Source: an uncultured Clostridia bacterium
GTDB taxonomy: Bacteria; Bacillota; Clostridia; Christensenellales; UBA1242
Direction: 5' to 3'
DNA length: 64,000 nt
NCBI GenBank assembly: GCA_947649575.1
Contig: CANSRZ010000004.1
Location: 71,569 to 135,568, forward strand
Each line of letters opens with the position of its first letter. Position 1 is the first letter of the stretch. Below, piece after piece: positions 58,622-64,000 of the stretch. The notes beneath the pieces were generated by a model. It was given only the letters and a program-made list of their open reading frames with translations. It did no database searches and was not told the origin of the DNA. Made by a program: the position numbers and the translations under genes.

Positions 58622-59517
58622 CAGGAGAGATTATTGTTGGCATTGAACACAAGGGCGAGCGTTTGGATAAATTTTGTTTGGCAAATTTTGAAAATTTGAG
58701 CCGTGCATATATAAAAAACTTGATTGAAAGTGGTGCTATTTTGGTTAACGGCAAGATTGTAAAAGCTGGCTTTGAACTTAAAAGCGGGATGAAAATTGAA
58801 TACAAAATAGATGAGCCTAAACAGCTTGACGCTAAAGCTGAAGATGTTGAGTTTGATATTGTTTTTGAAAATGAAAATTTGCTTGTTGTTAATAAACCAC
58901 AAGGGCTTGTTGTTCATCCTTGTTTATCGACCAAAAGCGGAACTCTTGTGAATGGTTTGCTTGCTAGGGTTAAAGATTTAAGTGGAATTAATGGTGTTTT
59001 AAGACCAGGGATTGTTCATCGTCTTGATAAAAACACATCAGGATTGATGTTGGTGGCTAAAAATGACATTGCTCATGTGTCTTTGGCTAAGCAAATTGCA
59101 GAGAAAACATGTGTTCGAAAATATTTGGCCTTACTTGAGGGGAATTTGAAGCATGAAGAGGGTGAAATTGTTACTCAGATAGGTCGCAATCCAAAAGACC
59201 GCAAAAAAATGGCTGTTTTACAGCAGGGCGGTCGCAAAGCAATAACTACATATAAGGTTGTTAAACGTTTTCAGCGTTATTGCCTTGTTGAGTTCACGCT
59301 CAAAACTGGCAGAACTCACCAAATTCGCGTTCATGCAAGCCATTTAGGTCATCCAGTTGTAGGCGACGACCTTTATGGCAAGGGTGAAAAGAAGTTGAAT
59401 GGTCAACTTTTGCATTCATATTATATAGAGTTTGACGAGCCTGTTTCAGGTGAGCGTTTATCGTTCGAAATTTTTCTTCCAGGCTATTTTCAAAATTTTG
59501 TTGATAAGCTAATTTAA
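58618..59517 (+). CDS. rluD: 23S rRNA pseudouridine synthase RluD-type
   Basis: S4-like N-terminus. HRLDKNTSGLMLVAK. GRTHQIRVH. lspA-rluD synteny as in Bacillus. Confidence 0.9.
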   Translation: MTGEIIVGIEHKGERLDKFCLANFENLSRAYIKNLIESGAILVNGKIVKAGFELKSGMKIEYKIDEPKQLDAKAEDVEFDIVFENENLLVVNKPQGLVVHPCLSTKSGTLVNGLLARVKDLSGINGVLRPGIVHRLDKNTSGLMLVAKNDIAHVSLAKQIAEKTCVRKYLALLEGNLKHEEGEIVTQIGRNPKDRKKMAVLQQGGRKAITTYKVVKRFQRYCLVEFTLKTGRTHQIRVHASHLGHPVVGDDLYGKGEKKLNGQLLHSYYIEFDEPVSGERLSFEIFLPGYFQNFVDKLI

Positions 59518-59572
59518 AAATAAGTATTGATTTTTGGTTTTTTGTGTGATAAAATAGGCCAAAGGAGTTTTT

Positions 59573-60256
59573 ATGAGGGGCTTGTTTTATAAAGAATTTG
59601 ACGTTGACAAAAATCCAGAAAGTCAATACTTTTTTGAATGTATTAAAAAATGTAGAATTTTGCGTGGTGTTGATAAATTATCATTGCAAGAATATTTGCA
59701 AGAGGGTTGGCGTGATTTATGTTATGTATACTCAGCGTATAACATAATGGGACTTAAATCAACTGATAGATTAATGAGGGGTGTTATTTATACAAAGAAC
59801 TATCGTGGTATAGACGACTGGAGCTTATTTGAAAAATATAATAAGAATTGTCATTATGATCGTGATTTAATTGGTTATCTTGATTTTCCGAATAGAAAGA
59901 TAAATAAATATCCTAACTATGCTCATGGCTGGGTTGAATTTGATTTTGATAATAAGACGTATATTTATGATAATCAATATAGTTATCCAGTACTCAAACA
60001 AGAATGGGAGCAAGAGCATTCCCCATATGTTTTGAGAAAGGTTTATACTCAGAAAGAATTACTTGAAATGATAGAGAATAAATATAAAGATAAACTTCAA
60101 ATTTCTACACAAGATAATCAAAAAATTATTGTAGCGCATGAAATACATGACAAATTTAAGGATGATTATATAGGGGCAATTTTCTTTAATTCGAAATTTG
60201 TTTTAGAGAATGACGAGGTTGTTGATTTTGAGGTTGAGCCTTTAGTAAGTGGTTGA
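59573..60256 (+). CDS. hypothetical protein, possible transglutaminase-like/papain-fold cysteine peptidase
   Basis: Candidate Cys-His-Asp arrangement (DLCYVYSAY ... YAHGWVEF ... YIYDN). Weak, by eye only. Confidence 0.35.
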   Translation: MRGLFYKEFDVDKNPESQYFFECIKKCRILRGVDKLSLQEYLQEGWRDLCYVYSAYNIMGLKSTDRLMRGVIYTKNYRGIDDWSLFEKYNKNCHYDRDLIGYLDFPNRKINKYPNYAHGWVEFDFDNKTYIYDNQYSYPVLKQEWEQEHSPYVLRKVYTQKELLEMIENKYKDKLQISTQDNQKIIVAHEIHDKFKDDYIGAIFFNSKFVLENDEVVDFEVEPLVSG

Positions 60257-60290
60257 AAAACCCCACCAATTATTGGTGGGGTTTTGGTTT
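60257..60290 (+). terminator. rho-independent terminator
   Basis: AAAACCCCACCAAT-T-ATTGGTGGGGTTTT, then GGTTTTT. Confidence 0.85.
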
Positions 60291-60407
60291 TTATACATTA
60301 CGAGTTGAATATCGCTTGAGCGACGTTGGTGCAATATTTGGCCTTTTGGCCGAAAAACCTTTAACTTTTAAGTTAGGCTTTAAGATAATCGTCGAACATT
60401 TGGTTCA

Positions 60408-60782
60408 TTAGCGTTGAAGTTCTGTGATTCCAACATGACGTTTCTTTCTTTCAATTTCAATCATGTTTGAAAGCATATCTCTGATTTCATATGGGTTGGC
60501 AATATGTCTTAAGTGAAAACATGGAGCACGTTCATCATTTGAATAGATTTCAATTGTTCCAGTTTTGAAAATTTTGTCACCAAGTGAAAGAAGCAGGGTG
60601 ATATCAAAGCAACGATATAGATTGATTTCGTCAATAATCGCAGATAAAAAGCCTTTGTGTCTAAAAAGTTTAACCCATTCGCCCTCTTTTTCTACCAAAT
60701 AATAACGATAAAAAGACCATGGAAGCCCAAAGTGTCTTTTTCTATCATGCCATAAAACTTTTGTTCCTTTTGGAAATCTCAT
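60408..60782 (-). CDS. hypothetical protein (124 aa), possible bacterial PH-like domain
   Basis: Intact ORF with GGAGGA RBS. Weak resemblance to the bPH fold pattern. Confidence 0.4.
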   Translation of the reverse strand: MRFPKGTKVLWHDRKRHFGLPWSFYRYYLVEKEGEWVKLFRHKGFLSAIIDEINLYRCFDITLLLSLGDKIFKTGTIEIYSNDERAPCFHLRHIANPYEIRDMLSNMIEIERKKRHVGITELQR

Positions 60783-60900
60783 AAATCCTCCATTGGAAAT
60801 ATTTTAAACAAAAATCATAAAAAAGTAAAGGGATTTTTAATTTTTTTTGAAAATTTTGTAAATTTTTTATGGCAAATACATATTTTTGTTGAATTATATT

Positions 60901-60925
60901 AAAAAAGAGAGCGTTAAGCTCTCTC
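60901..60925 (-). terminator. terminator of the Cys-rich microprotein gene
   Basis: Minus strand reads AAGAGAGAGC-TTAAC-GCTCTC followed by TTTTTT. Confidence 0.7.
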
Positions 60926-60949
60926 TTATGTGTCTATTACTTTAATGGG

Positions 60950-61129
60950 TTATTTGCAAGAGTTGCCACAACCACAGATGAGTAAAAGAAGAATTAATGT
61001 GCAGCAGTCCATTTGGCAACCGCAACCGCAGCATTGTAAAAGTAATAACAATGTTACAATTGAGCAAATGTCACAGCCATTTCCACAACCACATGAGTTG
61101 TTTCCACAGTTATTATTAAAGAAATTCAT
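60950..61129 (-). CDS. cysteine-rich microprotein (59 aa, 14 Cys), not in ORF track
   Basis: Minus-strand ATG 5 nt after AGGAGG. Hand translation: MNFFNNNCGNNSCGCGNGCDICSIVTLLLLLQCCGCGCQMDCCTLILLLLICGCGNSCK. Terminator downstream. The track's + strand ORF 60930..61142 is its antisense shadow. Confidence 0.6.
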   Translation of the reverse strand: MNFFNNNCGNNSCGCGNGCDICSIVTLLLLLQCCGCGCQMDCCTLILLLLICGCGNSCK

Positions 61130-61161
61130 TTGTTCCTCCTAAAAATTTAACTTATGTATAT

Positions 61162-61215
61162 TGTGCATTTGTTTTGCACACTATCATATTACTCAATTGC
61201 TTGCACAAATGTGCA
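61162..61215. promoter_or_regulatory. paired TGTGCA/TGCACA inverted repeats in the divergent control region
   Basis: TGTGCA-N7-TGCACA (61162-80) and TGCACA-N2-TGTGCA (61202-15). Confidence 0.4.
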
Positions 61216-61383
61216 TATTTTGCTGTTGTTTTTTTGTTTTGTTTATGCTTTTCAAGGCTTGAAAACAGTGAAATTTCATAAAAATACATTAATTTGCAAC
61301 ATTCGACAAAACAAGTCATCTTTCGTTTGCATATTAATTTGACCCATTCACAAAATATTTTTGATTTTAATGACGAAAATTTG

Positions 61384-61412
61384 TTGACATTCTGCTCAAA
61401 ATAATATACAAT
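61384..61412 (+). promoter_or_regulatory. promoter for the right-edge surface protein gene
   Basis: TTGACA (61384-89), 17-nt spacer, TACAAT (61407-12). Confidence 0.65.
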
Positions 61413-61457
61413 AGGTTGTTGAAAAAATTTTCATTAATATCATGCGAGGTTATTTCT

Positions 61458-64000
61458 ATGTTAAAAACACAAAAAAACAATGTACAAAAAATCTTTAAAG
61501 GAGCTGTCCTTGGCGTTGCTTGCGTTCTTTCTTTATCAGCAGTGCCTTTTGCTTCGCTTCAATCTGCAAGCACTTCGGCTGCTTCTGTGGAAAGTGGGAA
61601 CCCTTCCATTTCTGTTTCTGAGGCTGCAAAAACAGTTGTAAAAGGCTCTGAATATCAGATTAAAAAAGGGAAATATGTTAACGGTTCAACTTCAGAGGAC
61701 GTTGTTGTTGGCGACACTGCAGGAACAGTTAAAACTGACATTACTGTTAAGTATAAAAATTCTAATTTGAAAGAGACAATCAACGAGTCTTCTGCAACTG
61801 GCATCGCTGGAACTTTTGTGCCATCTTTGGTTGGAACTTATACTATCACTTATACAGTTCAAGATGGCGATAAAGAGTTTAGCTATGATTATGACGTAGT
61901 TTGCGAAATCAGCGACGCTTCTTTTGAGTTTGAAAGCAATGACAAAAATGTTTTGCCTTCTGTTTATGACTTGTCTATTGCAGGCGGCAAAGACGTTGTG
62001 CTTCCACTTCCAAAAGTTTTGGACGCAGACGGCGAAGAAATCAAAGTTAAAGATGGTGATGAAGAACGCACACTTAATTTCTATACTGCAAAAGATAAAA
62101 ATACAATTCCTGAAACTGAAAAAGAATATGTTTTGATTGCTGTTTCTGGTATTACTGGCATTGAGGACGGTTTTAGCTATAACAATGAAACAAAACAATT
62201 TGTTATCTCTGGCGAAACTTTGAAAAATAGCCAAGCTGGAACTTGCAGAATTGATTATAGATATTATCAAAATGGTCAATTTGTTACTTCAACAACAAAA
62301 TCTTTTGATCTTTCAAAATCTTATTATAAAGTTGAAGATAAAGATGGCGCTAATGCAGGTTACACTCTTAGAGCAACTTTTGCAACTTCAAGACCTGACA
62401 AAGCTTCAACTGGCGTGGCTCTTCCTCTTCCAACTATCAAGGCTACAACAGACGCTAAAAACTCACCATCAAGTGAGTCTATCAATGTAAGCTATTCAGT
62501 TAAAATTTCTAAACGTAACTCAAACAACAATTTTGAGGAAATCACTGATACAACTGGAATTCTTGATACAGTTAAAAATACTTTCACAGCTCCAAGTGAC
62601 GGGGATTATAAGTTTGATTACACTGTTGTTGACTTCTATGGCAACACTGTTACTGAGAACTTGTCTTTCCGTATCAATGGCGTGAAAGATGACATTGCTC
62701 CAACTGTTTATGTTTTTGACGGCAAGGATGCTGAATCTCTTGAAAAGGATGAGGACGGCAATACAATTTATACAAGCGCTATCAATGCAATCAAGTCAAG
62801 AACAAGCAACAGAAACATGGTTATCTATGCTATTGGCGCAAACGACAATGTTAAAGATAAAGACATTGAACTTACAAGAGTTATCAGAGATGCATCTGGC
62901 ACTACAAGATTCACAATTGATGACCAAGCTTATAAAAATTATAACCTTATTTTCAATTTTGGAAAGAAAGACGGTGATGATAGTGTTGGACCTTATAAAC
63001 AATTTATCTTGGACAACGCTTATGTTGCAAGAAATATGCAAAATGCAAGCACTGCAACTGAAGAAGAAATTGCTGCATTCTTGAAAGAAAACAATTATTT
63101 GATTGTAACTCATAAAGCAGAGGATAAGCCTGCAACTGATGAGGCTAAAACTGCTCTTATTGAGCGCGGATATGCTTATGTTGAAAACGCTGGAGAGCAT
63201 GTTTTCTCAACTCAAACTTACAGCCTTATTTACTCAGCAAAAGATGCTGCTGGAAATAGTGCTGAAAGCGATCCAATTTCAATGTATGTGACAACTGATA
63301 AACAATATACTGATAAAACAACTCCAAAAATCACTTTCTCAACTTCACTTCAAGACACTTATCTTCCTGACCAAAGCTTTAAGTTTGCTGTTCCAAAGGC
63401 AAGCGATGATGAAGACAGAAATGTTGAACTTTTTGTTGGTTACAGATTGCTTAAATCTACAAAGACAGGTGGCAATTATGACGTTGTTGCAAATGTAGAG
63501 GGTGAAGAAACTGTTACATTTGAAACTAACGAAAACTCTGTTGTTGCTAATAAATGGTATGGCACTCAAGGAACTCATACTGCACAATTTGTTCTTCCAG
63601 AAGCAAATTCTAACGGGGAATACAAAATTGACCTTGCTCCTTTGACAACTGCTCATACTGATGCTTCTTTCGTTGAAATCTTGGTTTATGGCATTGACGA
63701 TTATGGCAATATCGGCTTCTTCAACAAAATTATCAAAATTGCAGCTCAAAATGATACTAAAGCTCCTTCAATTGTGGCTGGCAGCATTGATACTTTTGAT
63801 AGTGAAAATGCAAGTGTTAAACAAGGCGAGAAAATCACTCTTCCTAAGATTATTTACACTGATGACCTTGTTGACTATATGACCACAACTGTAGAAGTTT
63901 ATTATGTGACTAAAACTACTACAGGTGAGGGCGCAGAAGCTGTTACAACCAAAAATTATAAAGCTATGCCAAGCGAAAACGCTAGCACAACAGTTGATAG
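61458..64000 (+). CDS. large secreted cell-surface protein with repeated Ig-like modules (3' end outside window)
   Basis: I translated this frame by hand from the ATG at 61458 to the window end (847 codons) and found no stop. Signal peptide KIFKGAVLGVACVLSLSAVPFASLQSAS. Recurrent module starts: KDDIAPTVYVF, DKTTPKITFST, NDTKAPSIVAG. All track ORFs in this span are in other frames or on the other strand. Confidence 0.75.
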   Translation, partial: MLKTQKNNVQKIFKGAVLGVACVLSLSAVPFASLQSASTSAASVESGNPSISVSEAAKTVVKGSEYQIKKGKYVNGSTSEDVVVGDTAGTVKTDITVKYKNSNLKETINESSATGIAGTFVPSLVGTYTITYTVQDGDKEFSYDYDVVCEISDASFEFESNDKNVLPSVYDLSIAGGKDVVLPLPKVLDADGEEIKVKDGDEERTLNFYTAKDKNTIPETEKEYVLIAVSGITGIEDGFSYNNETKQFVISGETLKNSQAGTCRIDYRYYQNGQFVTSTTKSFDLSKSYYKVEDKDGANAGYTLRATFATSRPDKASTGVALPLPTIKATTDAKNSPSSESINVSYSVKISKRNSNNNFEEITDTTGILDTVKNTFTAPSDGDYKFDYTVVDFYGNTVTENLSFRINGVKDDIAPTVYVFDGKDAESLEKDEDGNTIYTSAINAIKSRTSNRNMVIYAIGANDNVKDKDIELTRVIRDASGTTRFTIDDQAYKNYNLIFNFGKKDGDDSVGPYKQFILDNAYVARNMQNASTATEEEIAAFLKENNYLIVTHKAEDKPATDEAKTALIERGYAYVENAGEHVFSTQTYSLIYSAKDAAGNSAESDPISMYVTTDKQYTDKTTPKITFSTSLQDTYLPDQSFKFAVPKASDDEDRNVELFVGYRLLKSTKTGGNYDVVANVEGEETVTFETNENSVVANKWYGTQGTHTAQFVLPEANSNGEYKIDLAPLTTAHTDASFVEILVYGIDDYGNIGFFNKIIKIAAQNDTKAPSIVAGSIDTFDSENASVKQGEKITLPKIIYTDDLVDYMTTTVEVYYVTKTTTGEGAEAVTTKNYKAMPSENASTTVD

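Noticed and set aside
60930-61142. + strand 70-aa ORF (MSITLMGYLQELPQPQ...).
   Set aside because: It has no RBS and a non-ATG start. It is exactly antisense to a minus-strand ORF that has an AGGAGG RBS and a terminator. Its Q/P-rich translation is the mirror of Cys codons.
61692-63749. Minus-strand ORFs 61692..62279, 62796..63200 and 63345..63749, and + strand frame-shifted ORFs in the same span.
   Set aside because: All overlap the long uninterrupted + strand frame that starts at 61458 with a signal peptide. They are shadows.

Overview
AT-rich, Firmicutes/Clostridia-like chromosomal segment. It uses the standard genetic code, has TTGACA-N16/17-(TGn)TAnAAT promoters and GGAGG-type ribosome binding sites (RBS), and many genes are translationally coupled.

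Most of the window is core housekeeping:
- dprA-topA-trmFO(like)-hslVU
- tcdA-like gene and trxA
- a nifS/iscU pair plus a second cysteine desulfurase operon
- a Bacillus-type large SRP RNA
- ung
- a T-box-controlled ileS
- pepF
- pcrA-ligA
- the str operon (rpsL-rpsG-fusA-tuf)
- sepF-lspA-rluD

No rRNA, tRNA, CRISPR array, transposase or integrase was seen.

Non-routine content:
1. A tightly coupled capsid-only phage-like operon (about 32.2-39.6 kb). It has a TerS-like fragment, portal-like, scaffold-like and major-capsid-like genes, connector-like genes and two holin-like genes. It has no large terminase, tail, lysin, integrase or replication genes.
2. A family of about 235-bp intergenic elements with hairpin-containing terminal inverted repeats. 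Two are full copies that end just upstream of the pepF and ligA RBS. A partial copy lies before ileS, and there are several solo ends.
3. A roughly 197-nt element closed by a 19-bp stem, sitting between the ileS T-box terminator and ileS.
4. A G9 tract inside the spacer of a consensus promoter upstream of a 906-aa GLUG-repeat surface protein (candidate phase variation).
5. A str operon interrupted by two orphan genes and GC-rich structured spacers, with a terminator-like attenuator in a long rpsL leader.
6. Two cysteine-rich small proteins, one of them below the ORF-track size cutoff.
7. An IscU-like plus GGGtGRT gene pair of unknown function.
8. A large signal-peptide surface protein gene open at the right edge (61458..64000) that is missing from the supplied ORF track.

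All functional calls come from motif and synteny recognition by eye. No database search was run.
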